64,000 bases of DNA from the human T2T-CHM13v2.0 reference genome, Homo sapiens. Numbering within the stretch: position 1 is the stretch's first letter; every line of letters starts with the position of its first letter. A model generated the notes under the pieces. The model was given only the letters and a program-made list of their open reading frames with translations, ran no database searches and was not told the DNA's origin. Both the position numbers and the translations under genes were made by a program. The DNA lies in NCBI RefSeq assembly GCF_009914755.1, contig NC_060930.1. One strand, 5' to 3'. Below, piece by piece: positions 16,064 to 33,197 of the stretch.

Positions 16064-16252
16064 ATGGATCTTGCTGCCAACGAGATCAGCATTTATGACA
16101 AACTTTCAGAGACTGTTGATTTGGTGAGACAGACCGGCCATCAGTGTGGCATGTCAGAGAAGGCAATTGAAAAATTTATCAGACAGCTGCTGGAAAAGAA
16201 TGAACCTCAGAGACCCCCCCCGCAGTATCCTCTCCTTATAGTTGTGTATAAG
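16064..16252 (+). CDS. C6orf89: C6orf89 coding exon (exon 3; exon begins 16045, ATG at 16064)
   Basis: Acceptor TTTTCTCTCCGTCTCTCTCAG|G, strong Kozak GACATGG, MDLAANE...LLIVVYK, donor AAG|GTAAAA, phase 0. Confidence 0.95.
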
Positions 16253-16484
16253 GTAAAATGTTTCCTGAGTTGGTAATTGCTTCAACAGAACACAAACTGT
16301 TCAACATTCTTCACAAATGCTATTGTTGACTAATCCCACCACTGAGCATTGGTTTTTCCGTGAATAAATTGGCCTTTGCTCTTGTTACCATGTGTTACTA
16401 GGAAATTTGACTGTGTTGTTAAAGGTCCTAGATGAAAGCTGCATATTTACAGTTAAATTATATTTGTGTAATATTATTATTTAA

Positions 16485-18592
<2,108 letters not shown>

Positions 18593-18841
18593 GTGTATTT
18601 TTAAATGGTGAATTTTAAAATACACTGATTATATGGTAGCAGCTTGGTGAGCCTTGCAGTCCCTATAGTTCTCAAATTCTAAATTCTTCCAGAAGTAAAC
18701 CTAAGTGGCTTGTTTATGAAAATGGATTAGTTCTTAAGGCACATTGGAAGTAGCAGAAGAAGCCTGTTTTGTTTTGTTTTTTTTCTTGGTATTAAGGTAT
18801 TTGTTTGCTGGGATTAATGCCTTTTCTATCTTTCCTTGTAG

Positions 18842-19055
18842 GTTCTCGCAACCTTGGGATTAATCTTGCTCACTGCCTACTTTGTGATTCAACCTTTCAG
18901 CCCATTAGCACCTGAGCCAGTGCTTTCTGGAGCTCACACCTGGCGCTCACTCATCCATCACATTAGGCTGATGTCCTTGCCCATTGCCAAGAAGTACATG
19001 TCAGAAAATAAGGGAGTTCCTCTGCATGGGGGTGATGAAGACAGACCCTTTCCAG
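18842..19055 (+). CDS. C6orf89: C6orf89 exon 4 (includes most of the transmembrane helix)
   Basis: Acceptor TTTCCTTGTAG|G, VLATLGLILLTAYFVIQP...DEDRPFP, donor CAG|GTAAAA, phase 1. Confidence 0.95.
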
Positions 19056-19725
19056 GTAAAATGCAACATTTATTACTTATTAGATATAGTTTTCTTGACA
19101 GTATATGATAGGAAAGGAAGTAACATTTATTGATACCTAATGAGAGGCAAGCTCCCTATATTGTATCTTTTAATTCAGTCCCCACTAAAACTCTATGAGA
19201 TGGGGTTTATTATCCCCGTTTCACAGATTAAGAAACCAAGGGTCAGAGAGATTAAGAAACTCGCTAGAGGAACATCTGGTAGAGCCAAATACACACCCCC
19301 AAATTCCAGAACACACATGATGGGGACAAATGTCTTTGCCCATAAAAAGGATTTGATTGTATCTCATCCTTTTCTCTCCTGTGATTCCTGTCCATAATGC
19401 ATATTTAATACATAGGTATTGGTTTATTGAAAGCAACCGAGTTCAGCTTGCTTCTAAAGGTCCTCTAACAGTCCTTGGCCTATTGGGCTAGGTTTTTGTC
19501 TGGGTATATCCCACTCTTTCAGTTTAGTCCTTCTGTCTGTCACAGCTCATTTAATTTAGTCCTCTAAAGTATATCAATTTTGCCAGTAAGTAGAAATTAA
19601 AAAACACATAAATTTAGTAACAGTGCATCGGTGGCATAAGAATTCATAGTCTGATAGACTATTTGAGGGGTTTCCTTTTGAGAACAGTGTTAACATGTAA
19701 TAAGAGTTGAAATTTACTTTTTCAG

Positions 19726-19866
19726 GCTGGGTGTGGTGGTTTACAACTATAATCCTAGCAATTTGGGAAGCTGAGGCAAAAGGATTGGTTGAGCCCAGGA
19801 GTTCAAGACCAGCCTGGGCAACATAGCGAGACCCTGCCTCCAATTTTGTGTGTGTGTGTGTGTGTG
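19726..19866 (+). repeat. Alu left monomer (FLAM-like) with (TG)n microsatellite
   Basis: Monomeric Alu followed by a TG run at ~19847-19866. Confidence 0.8.
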
Positions 19867-19981
19867 TAAAGAAATTTACTTTTTGAGAAAGGGGGATATT
19901 ATTTTGGGATTTTTTTGGTGATGTTTATCTTATTTGGCAATGTAGAATAATATGTGTATTAATATCACAAATGGATTATAG

Positions 19982-20300
<319 letters not shown>

Positions 20301-21709
20301 CATAATGTCATTCTTTAAGATCTAATGAGTCATAAAAATCATCCCTTGGATTGGGTCTCCATCGAAAGCTATTTTTGTATACTTGAGGAAGTCATGGAAA
20401 GGTTTCCAAAATTGTATCAAAATCAGAGGAAGGGAACATTGTAAGACAAGAATTCCACCTCAGGAGTTTTTGTTTTTTTTTAAAAAATCAACAGCTCAGA
20501 TATTTCATTTGAAAATTTCAGATGTAACTTCCTTGTATTTATTGGGAAGGTTGCTTTTGAAATGTCACCAACAGAGCTAAAAAAAAAAAAATGCAGTCTC
20601 AAACTCCTATTAGAACGGTTCAAAGTGTTTGGAGGAAACAGCGAGAGAAACTTGTCAGTTAGGCCAGTCTGTGCCTCTTCCTCAGACACACCAGTCTCCT
20701 TTCCTGACTGTCTTCCCCTCAAAGCCTCCCTAACGGCAACTCCTGATGAGTTTTCCTGACCTGGTTGATGGCATTATCTTCTTCCCCAGTCCTATAAAGT
20801 AAATCTCCATACACGGTTGAACTGAGAAATGGGGCATCGTCAATGAACACTGCTCGCTTCTTCTCTAAATCATAGTTTAAACATTCCAGAAACATTAGTG
20901 TCTTGTAAACAAGCTGGATTATTTGGACTACTTCAAATCAATATTTTGCCTTGCAGATGGAAATAAAATGAGTCCTTGGAGCTCAGTTGTAGAGAGAGCG
21001 AGTGAGCATTGGAAGGGTGTGGCTTTAGCTCTTTAATGTTGTTGATTCTATTAAAGTGCTGTTTTTACTTGTAAATGTGGATGTGGAAGCACCATATTTT
21101 CCTATGTATGATAATTCTGGGAAGCTGTAGACATGTGAAACTAACAGCATTTTGCGTAGCATTTGGAAGAAAAGTTAAAAACACGTAATTATATGAAGAG
21201 TAAACAGAAACACATGAGGGAGAATTAAGTGCAACTTAATCTGGGCCTGTAAGAGGGCAGGAAAAGTAAAAATATATCATTTTTTAATGTCCTGGTATCA
21301 AAAAACAACTACCTTCAGGTTAGGATTAGTTGGCCATACATTTAAAGTAAATGCAAGGGGAGAATGGTGTGACAGATTCCCGAAAGGAAACCCCATATGG
21401 TTTCCTGAAGTGCTGGCCTGTCTCACACTCCCAGGGTCATCTGGTGCTCCTTGCAGTGGCACCTCGGGAATGATGGAGGGCAGCTGCAGCCTTGGTGATG
21501 TACAAGAGGCACCACCACCAATGACTGGAAGTTTCCCCTGACCCCACCCAGGGAACAAAAAGGTGACAGAGGTGGGGTTCTTTTTCTAGATTTCAGCCTT
21601 AGATAGGAAATCCTGCCCCTAAATGCTCTCAATAAGAAGAATGAAGTGACTTTGCAGCGAGTCATGGAAACATCCCGCTCTGCAGCAAAAAATAAGTAAA
21701 TAAACTGAC

Positions 21710-21940
21710 AGTTGTTTATTACTTACCAGATGCCAGACCCTGTTCAGGGGGCTTTCCATATATCGGCTTATTTAATCTTGACAACATCCCTATAGGGTAG
21801 CTTCAGGTTTTATGCCCATTTTACAGATGAGGACACTGAGGCACAGTATGGTTAGGTCACTTGCTCAAGGTCCCAGGTCTGGTCACGGAGCCATGATTTG
21901 AACCCAGGCAGCCAGTCTTCAGAGTCTGAGCCCTTCGCCT
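21710..21940. repeat. MIR element
   Basis: MIR core CCCATTTTACAGATGAGGACACTGAGGCACAG. Similar cores occur at ~4760, ~19215, ~22440, ~23050, ~33735, ~36610 and ~43380. Confidence 0.75.
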
Positions 21941-22153
21941 CTGATGTGAGTAGTCTGTAGCTGTGCAGTAGACCTGAAGAGTCTAGCTTTAAGTCTGATG
22001 TTGGAGTTCTACCACTGTCTCTCTCGGATCATCAGTTACTTTCTCTTAACTCCCTAGTCCCTGAAGAGACAATATTCTTTCTGGCTGTTCCAAAGATAAG
22101 TGGTCTTCCAAGCTTCTGACCCTTTAGAATTTTCCCGACCTGGTGTTGTCTTA

Positions 22154-22229
22154 GACATTCAGCCCAGTTCATCCTCCCTAGTCTGCACCCTGACATTCAG
22201 CCCAGTTCATCCTCCCTAGTCTGCACCCT
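22154..22229. repeat. Perfect 38-bp tandem duplication
   Basis: GACATTCAGCCCAGTTCATCCTCCCTAGTCTGCACCCT x2. Confidence 0.95.
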
Positions 22230-25200
22230 TATGGATAATATTTGACTGACTTAATCCTTCCTCTTACTGACCCAGAGTTTTCTCTTTACATTCACATTCT
22301 TACTGCTTTTCTCCCCTCCTGGCTTCATATCTTTATAGTCACTTTACTCCTGCCGGCCATCCCCTTGGTTTTTACCATTTCCATGGAATCATTGAGTCTT
22401 AAAGCCAGAAAAGAATTTTAGAGTTAATCTAGTACATACCCCATTTTATAAAAGAGGTAACTGAGGCCAGGAGAGGTAAAGGAGCTTGCTTACCCAGCTA
22501 AAAGTGGCAAAATCACACTTGAACCCTAGTTTCTTAACTCCCTCTAGCATTCTGTCCAAGATATCACACTTACAGCCTGCCATCTCTGCCCTCAGTCAAG
22601 CCAGGCGCTAGCATGTTCAGCCAATTATTTTGTTTACTTTGGTCATTTTCTGGCCAACTTAAAAATAACATATTCATTTCTACTGAGGAAGCCTGGGATA
22701 GTTCTCACATACAGTGAAAAGGCACACATTTGGAACTCGATGCATCCCGTAACCTTCAAAGGAAGGATGAAGTAGATCCAGCAACATCAAGAAGTTTTGG
22801 AAATAGCAAATCATTTATTGGCCTCAAACTAAGAATCTAGTAAGACTTAGAGAGTCCAGATCTGTGCTCAAAGATGAACTGCTTAGACCGCAAGGAAAAC
22901 CTTCCTCTTTTATTTGCAAAATAAGCTTACCTTCTGTGATAATAACAGCTCTGTCAAGCACTTACTGTATACCAGGTACTGTGCCGTGCAGTTTATTTCT
23001 CAGTCTTCACAGCAGTCACATAAGGTAGATACTGTTTTTATGTTCATTTCAAAGATGAGGAAACTGATGTGCAAGGGGATTGACTGACTTATCTGAAGTC
23101 TCACATTTATTTATTTTTAATTTTTTCTTTTGCTGTGTTTTTGATAATAAATTTTCACATTTAGAAACAAATTTTTGTACAAGTGAGAACTCATGAAAAT
23201 AGACTTTCTCTGTGGTTTGGAGTGGTTCAAATGCATTGCTTCCTGGAGGCAAGGCTGTTGGTGAAATGATTTCTTGGGCTCTTTCCCTCTACGGTGTGTG
23301 AAAATGGCTCTGGGCATGGTGCCACACATGCAGGGACCTGGCAGAAGCCTCCTTCATTGTCAAGGCTTCACCCCTGCCTCATGCCCGGGGTACTAGAAGA
23401 GGTGCTATGCACAAACAAGCTTCTGGAGAGCAGCCTGATTAAATATTGAGCACACACTAGTGAAAGTCATGGGAACTTTGTCATGGGCTTTGCAGGGTTT
23501 TCTTGGCTATATTTATAATGCAAGAAATGATGAAGTTATATTTATTTAATCTTTATTTTGAGGTTTCTGTGAATCCAGATTGCTCATTTGATTTTTCTCC
23601 CCATGGACTTAATTCTATTGTTAAAGCTTCTGAAAAATCAGCCTTCCTGCCTGCCTTCCTGCCTTCCTCCCTCCTTCTTTTCCTCCTTCCATCCCTTCCT
23701 CCCTCTCCCCAACTTCATTCACTCATTCAGTAAATGTTTATTGAGACCCTGCTATATATGCCAGGCACTGTTCTCAACAAAGCAGTGAACAAAACAGACA
23801 AAACCACTGCTCTTGTAGAGCTAGTATTGGCTTTGTTCTTTTCTTTCTTCCCTATCCTTTTTATCCAGAGGGAGTTTTTTGTCCTGGAAAGAAATCTTTT
23901 GTTTTGTTTTGTTTTGTTTTGTTTTGTTTTGTTTTTGCCAGGTAAATAATCTATGTAACAGTACTCTCCCCACTCAGAATTCCAGGATATGTTATGGTTG
24001 TCTACAGAGAACCAGCCTAAGTGAGTTTTCTTGTAAATAACTCTCAGGCACCAGGAAGCTCCCTGATGGGTGAGACGCTGGCCCATCCATTTTTCTGCCC
24101 AGTGCCCAACTTGTAAAGAAGGGTGGATAGTTATGGTCTCTGCACGTTGACTTCAAGGCTGTGTTTTGTCTGAGAGACTGTTTTTGACATCTCCAACAGT
24201 GAAATCATTCCAAATCATAGTGAAAACTTGAAATACAAGTTATAAGCTTTATTGAACTTTTATATGTAGGATTTCTCTTCTCTGTCATACCTTTAAAAAA
24301 TGTTTAAAATATCTGGTATGAGGGATATCTGGAGTAAAGAAGCCTTAGAAATTAAAAGTAGGAAGTTGCTATATAATTTACGCTGACTTTTCTGTCTGGT
24401 GCTTCAGGAAAAGTGGTTAGAAACAGGAGGGCTGGAAAGAAGTGAGATGCAGCATATTAGGTAGTCAAAAGCCGTAAACTAGGGTGGCATGGGCTCGGCT
24501 GGCTGTGTGCTGTTGGCTGTTTCCCAGGATGGAATTTTGTTCACTTTGTGGCATGATGGCTCCAGCCAGTTGTATAGAGAACACGTCAGACAAAACCTTT
24601 TCAGATGGACAGAGGCCAAGCTGGAGTCTGGCCACATCTCTTTCTGTTGTCAGGGACTCTGTGGGGAGAGGAAGAGGAGCCTGCACCCTACCTCCACCCC
24701 TAGTTCACCGTTTGCCCGTTCCTCTCTCTAAGCTTATGCTTTATCCACCTTGGTGATCTCAGGCTACAGAGAAATCAAAAGTAGTTCTTTCTTTTAAAGT
24801 TTGGGCTCCCTTAGTTCAGGTGGATGGCATAGGCTACCCCATTCCAGTGATCCTTTTTTCTTGTTACTTCCCTTCCTTCTTTGCGGGCCACCAGCCTGGC
24901 CACCTCTGCTCCTGTCAGATACCTCTCTGGGGCCAGCCTTCTGAGATGATTTACCTCTACACTTCAGCATTGAATTCTCAGCTTCAGTTTTCATGATCTC
25001 CAAGGACATTTTGACTTGGAAAGTACATAAAATACATGCATACAAAGACAGTAAGAGGTGTAATATTTTGATATTTAAAAATACTTATAATAAAGTAATA
25101 TTTCTCATCTCTATCCTTTTAACTTTTCTACTCAAGCAACTGCTAATAATAACTTGGTATACATCCTTCTGAGTTTTTCCATGTCTATACAAATAGATAT

Positions 25201-25281
25201 ACTTAATATATATAAATAGAAATACTTTTTTGTTCACACACATACAAAAGATCTCATATACATATTTTTGGCTAGACACAT

Positions 25282-25725
25282 TGTATTAGTTTCTAAGGCT
25301 GCTGAAACAAAGCATCACAGGCCGAGCAGCTTAAAACAACAGAAATCCAGTACCTCACAGTTGTGGAGTCTAGAAGTCAGAAATCCAGGTTGATAGGGCC
25401 ACGTCCCCTCTCAAAGGCTCTAGGGAAGAATCCTTCCTGGCCTCTTCCAGTTTCTGGTGGTTTTCAGCAGTCCTTGGCATTCCTTGGCTGTGTCAGCATA
25501 ACTTCAGCCTCTGCCTTTATCTTCACGTGGCCATCTGCTTTCTATGTGTGTCTTTGTGTCTTCTGTCTTCTTCTAAGGACATCATTCAGATTGGATTCAG
25601 GGCTCATCCTACTTCAGTATGACCTCATCTTAAATGACTACATCTGTGGCCACCCTATCTCCAAGGTCATGTTCTGAGGTTCCAGGAAAATGTGGATTTT
25701 GGGAAAACATAATTAAACCCTCTCT
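25282..25725 (-). mobile_element. MaLR solo LTR (MLT1C/D-like)
   Basis: TGTATTAGTTTCTAAGGCTGCTG...CTTAAAACAACAGAAAT...GCCTCTTCCAGTTTCTGGTGG. Confidence 0.75.
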
Positions 25726-26205
25726 ATATATTTTTGAGGATTTTATATTAGTTGATTCTGTGACTCTTCTATAATTTAACCATTTTCTAGGGTTGTTGTG
25801 GGTTTTTTTTTTTTTTGCTATTACAAAAATATGTACCTGAGAGATTCATATACACATATCTTTATATAGATATACTTTTTTTCTGTAAGATATATTCTTG
25901 GAAATGGACTCGCTGAGTCAAAGGGCATGTGCATTTTAAATTTTAATAAATGCAACCAAATTGTCTTCATAAACTTATACCAGCTTATACTTTCATTAAC
26001 AGCATATGTTGATCATTGACACTGGATGTTGTCAATGTTTTGCCAGTTAGAAAACTAAATAATAGTATCTCATTTCAAGTTGCATTTCATTGATTATTAG
26101 TCAAATTGCATGTCTTTTCAAATGGTTTATAGGCCATTTATATTTATAATACTTTTCTGTGAATTCCTTGTTCATATTTTTTCCCCATTAAAAATTTTTT
26201 TATCT

Positions 26206-28163
<1,958 letters not shown>

Positions 28164-30501
28164 CTAACTCTTAGGTTAAGAGCTGCTCGGTGCTAGCCCA
28201 TGCAGCACCTTTATACAAATTCGAGGAAGGTGCCCCTTTCTCCTGGTGCTTTACTCTCATCTCCTGGGAAGACTGTCATAATTAACTGATTCTGTTGGAA
28301 TATGACACACTACTACAGAAAAGTGTCATAATAAATCTGCAGATGACGTTCCCTAGATGAGCACTAATGACATAGGTGATACCAGAGATCTGCAGGTTTA
28401 TTATGACACTGACCAAGAGGACAGTATAGTGCAAACATTCACAGTAGTGCTCCTTGGGGCTGTAGATTTCATCTTCACTGCTTCTAGAATCCACCCCTTT
28501 TTTCCATTCCCACTGCCTCATTCATTATATTTCACTTCTCATCACAGTGAACCCCCCCCCCCCCCGACCTTTTCCCTAAAAAAGGGCAAAACCAAAATAT
28601 AACCAGATCTTCCTTTTCCCAGCCTCTCTCTTCTAGGGCACCCTAATCACAATCCAGAATAATCTTCCTAGAACATCGAGAAATTCCTGCTCAAAAGCCT
28701 CCAACAGTTCCTCTTTTTGTTCTGAGTAGAGCCAGACATGCTTCAAGCCCTGGAAGCCCTCACCACATCTTCCTCTGCAGCCTGTTTCCTTACCCAAACC
28801 CCCACTGCACGCCCAGCATCTGCTGTGTTCTTCCTGCCACACTCTGGCACCTCAGGAACTTCCTATCACCTCTAACTTTCAGTTTGTTCATCCACAGAAT
28901 GAGAATAGTGATTCCTCCTCAGTAATTACACAGTGAAAATTAAATGCTATAACATGGGAAAGTGACTAACATAGGGCAAGCACTCAGTGCATTAGCTTGC
29001 TTTCTCCTTCCCCTTCCATCGCAAGTACTTTGGAAACCGAAATGCTATATAATTGTAACATGTTGTTATGATTATGCCCCATGGTGTGTCCATTACCCAG
29101 AGCTTTTGCATATTGGCAAGAATTTATCATATTTGACACTGAATAAGAAGCATTTGAAAATATTGGAGAAGAAAAAATGCAACTTTGCAGCCTCAGTGTG
29201 CCACTGAAACAGGTGGTACTAAAGGGTTTTCAGCTACCCCCAGAGTACTGTGGGAGGAGAGGCGCCCTCCCAGGAGCAGGGTGTAGCGGTAATCCTCTGA
29301 CTAATAATCTTCCTGCGAGTTGAGACTGGCTGAGAAAGGTAGGTGGCAGTTGCCTCCAGGAAACACAGATACTATCTTCAAGAGATGGAGGATGCTCAGC
29401 AGACCGGCCAAGAACAAACACGGTCTTTCCCTGACGAGGATTTCCTATGCCCCACTACTACTGCCTCAGAGAAAACAAGCATGTAGTGCTTACTGCCAAC
29501 CACAGAAAATGTTTTGTGGTTAAGAGTCAGTTTCCAAGTATGTTTATTGGTTTAAAAAATTGACTTCGTTTCAGCCACATTTGGTTGTCTGTTATCATTT
29601 GTCGTAGGCTCTCTCCTGATTTGGTTTCCATTGGGTTTTAATCAGAACCGTCTTCTGAAACGTTTTAGATTCAAAGCAGAGTTTAAAACAAACACATCTC
29701 TCAGAGAACCTAGACGAAATCCAAAATGGAACAGAAAGTAAACAAGAAATAATGAAATAACATTATAAACAGCATGGTAACAGAGGGAAGCTGGGAAAGG
29801 CTGTGCAGAAACAAGAGCCCCTCAGAGAAGGAGCCAAACCAGACAGGCATGTCAGGGAGCCGCTGTCACACAGCAGGGTCTGGGTTGGGGGTCTTCCATT
29901 TCTGACCAGCATGTGGGGCTGGAAACTATGGCTGGCGGCCCCACCCCCTCCTGAGCTGGGATAGAGGGCTGTCTTATGGACAGATGCAATTCACTTTATT
30001 CCAAAGATGGCTCCAGAAAAGTCCTGTCTACCCTCTCCATCCCTTTCCTCTTCTGTGTCCTTTTCTCACTCTTCCTTCCCGGAGTCCTGGCTCCCATGTG
30101 TACTTGTGAAGCAAGGGTCTATGCACACATCCAGCATGTGTGAGAAGTGCATTAGGGCACAGCGATAATAGGGGTCACCCTTCTATCCACACCAGCCCCC
30201 CTGTGCTGTAGACGTTTCAGCCATATGGGTCATAGGTTAGAAAATGTTGGGGGAACTACATCTTTAGCTCCACATTGCTGAATGTTTTTCCTAGCTGTTA
30301 TGCTTTATTTGTTGATTTGATTTAGGAAATGCATGACAGGTTAAAAGATATTTTCCACAAAGTGTAAAAAGGTATACAGAGAAGAGTACCTCTCCTTCCT
30401 GCTCCTGTCCTCTACTCCCTCCTCAGAGGCTGCTTCATATATACCTTACCTTTTCAGCGGTCTCCAGTGCTTATCATTGTTTGTTTTTAAAAATTATTAT
30501 G

Positions 30502-30802
30502 GGCTGGATGCGGTGGCTTGCGCCTGTAATCCCAGCATTTTGGGAGGCCAAGGTGGGCAGATCATGTGAGCCCAGGAATTCAAGACCAGCCTGGGCAACA
30601 TGGCAAGACCCCGTTTCAACTAAAAATACAAAAATTAGCCATGTGTGGTGGCATGCGCCTGTAGTTCCAGCTCCTCGGAAGGCTGTAGCAGGAGAATCCC
30701 TTGAACCCAGGAGGCAGGGGTTACAGTGAGCTGGACGGCACCACTGCACTCCAGCCTGGGCGACAGAGTGAGACTCTGTCTCAAAATAAATAAATAAATA
30801 AA
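30502..30802 (+). repeat. AluJ/S element
   Basis: Dimeric Alu with (TAAA)n tail. Confidence 0.9.
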
Positions 30803-30906
30803 AGTCATTATGATGTCTTTCCTTTCTTGTTTCATTGTTGGAGCTACTGGATGTACCAGCTATGCTCTTTCAGTATCTGTTTTCTCCATATCCCTTCCTC
30901 TCTCAG

Positions 30907-31058
30907 ACTTTGACCCCTGGTGGACAAACGACTGTGAGCAGAATGAGTCAGAGCCCATTCCTGCCAACTGCACTGGCTGTGCCCAGAAACACCTGAAGGT
31001 GATGCTCCTGGAAGACGCCCCAAGGAAATTTGAGAGGCTCCATCCACTGGTGATCAAG
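30907..31058 (+). CDS. C6orf89: C6orf89 exon 5
   Basis: Acceptor CCCTTCCTCTCTCAG|AC, (D)FDPWWTNDCEQNES...HPLVIK, donor AAG|GTGAGC. Confidence 0.95.
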
Positions 31059-31176
31059 GTGAGCAGAAGCCTGAGTCTCCCGCTGATTGGCTGCTTGCTT
31101 AAAGGCTAGGTCAAGCTCTAGGAAATTTCTGACAAGTAACTCTGTGTTGTTTTGTTTTGTTTCCTGCCTTGCCAAG

Positions 31177-31316
31177 ACGGGAAAGCCCCTGTTGGAGGAA
31201 GAGATTCAGCATTTTTTGTGCCAGTACCCTGAGGCGACAGAAGGCTTCTCTGAAGGGTTTTTCGCCAAGTGGTGGCGCTGCTTTCCTGAGCGGTGGTTCC
31301 CATTTCCTTATCCATG
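31177..31316 (+). CDS. C6orf89: C6orf89 exon 6
   Basis: Acceptor TTTCCTGCCTTGCCAAG|AC (AAG type), TGKPLLEEE...FPFPYP(W), donor ATG|GTGAGT, phase 2. Confidence 0.93.
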
Positions 31317-31330
31317 GTGAGTGTGAAAAG

Positions 31331-31619
31331 GGCCGGGCACAGTGGCTCATGCCTGTGATCCCAGCACTTTGGGAGGCCGAGGCAGGCAGATCACTTGAGC
31401 CTAGGAGTTGCAGACCAGCCTGGCCAACATGGCAAAACCCCATCTCTACTAAAAATACAAAAATTAGCCAGGTATGGTGGTGCATGCCTGTAATCCCAGC
31501 TACTCTGGAGGCTGAGGCATGAGAATCACTTGAACCTGGGAGGTGGAGGTTGCCATGAGCTGAGATCGCGCCATTGCCCTCCAGCTTGGGTGACAGAGTG
31601 AGACTGTGTCTCAAAAAAA
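31331..31619 (+). repeat. AluS element 14 nt after the exon 6 donor
   Basis: Dimeric Alu. Confidence 0.93.
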
Positions 31620-32082
31620 TGGGGGGGCTATGGGGGCACTTAGCGTGCGAGTAGGAAAGGGGCAGACCAGAAATACCTGCAAAACAGTAATAGCTATCAC
31701 TGAGCCACTACCACAGGCCCAACACTTTACAAATCCAATGCTGGGATCCCACTGATAAACCAGTGATGAGAGATAAAAGGGATGGATGAAGAGGTGTGTC
31801 AGAAGGAGGGGTGCCACCATGGGGGGGACAGCAAGTTTGTCTAATAGAGTCATAATTTATTTCGAAGTATGCATTTAGCATTTTATGTAGAATGGGGCCT
31901 CATGCAGGGGGCTGAAGAGAGAGTGCAAATAATAGAAGGAGAATTGCATTTTTTGGCACTTGTTTCTGCCAGGCAGTGTGGCTTGGTGTTTAGTGTCTGT
32001 GTCTCACTGGGGACACTGATAATAACTCTGGAAAGTAGGAATGATTGTTGTCATTCTTCAGATCAGACAAGTGGGGATCAGT

Positions 32083-32400
<318 letters not shown>

Positions 32401-33067
32401 CTAAGGTTACCCAGCCAGGATCGAAACCCCAGTTTGTCCTGCTGTTCCTTCCTGTGCCCTGCGGAAGACATGGTTCATTCCTTGTGGTTAAGGTTGCTGT
32501 CTAGTAAGAAAAGAAAGCCAGTTTCCATCTTAGAACTGTTTCGAAAGAATTAAAATGACTTTTTCAGGCTTTTTGTTAATTTCTTAATGCTTCTATCTTT
32601 CTTTAAATGTGCTGTTTGTTTGCGTGCTAGAGTGCCCAGTTGAACAAGCTGAGCAGGCTTCCCCCTGCGTCTCCCTGTGCCTCAGAAGAAGGGTCATGCT
32701 TTTTGTCCCTTCCTCCTTCTCTCTTCTCCCCTTCCCCCGCCTGGCCTGCTGTTACTTCAGTCTTTTCCAAGATAGAATGAATAGATTATTTCTTTCCTTC
32801 CAATATATATTGTTTTAGCTGCAATTTAGAAACACTCCACCCACATACTCAAATCATGGCTGTAGAGTTTATGCCTGTGTGTGTACACATTATAGTTCAT
32901 TGACTCTGTGCAACTATTCTTCAGGGACCTAGTACTTAAGATACTGTACTCATATTTTTCCCTCTTTACCCACCGCCCACAGTTTTCCCACCCTTACTTG
33001 GCTCTCTCTTAGTCATGGGCTGGCTTGACCAGTTTAATTACTTTTTTTCTGTTTCATACTTCTACAG

Positions 33068-33197
33068 GAGGAGACCTCTGAACAGATCACAAATGTTACG
33101 TGAGCTTTTTCCTGTTTTCACTCACCTGCCATTTCCAAAAGATGCCTCTTTAAACAAGTGCTCCTTTCTTCACCCAGAACCTGTTGTGGGGAGTAAG
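33068..33197 (+). CDS. C6orf89: C6orf89 exon 7
   Basis: Acceptor TTTCATACTTCTACAG|G, RRPLNRSQML...PVVGSK, donor AAG|GTAGGA. Confidence 0.95.

Noticed and set aside
33065-33073. Tandem acceptor CAG GAG GAG at exon 7 (would drop one Arg)
   Set aside because: GAG acceptors are rarely used after a strong CAG; no evidence of use
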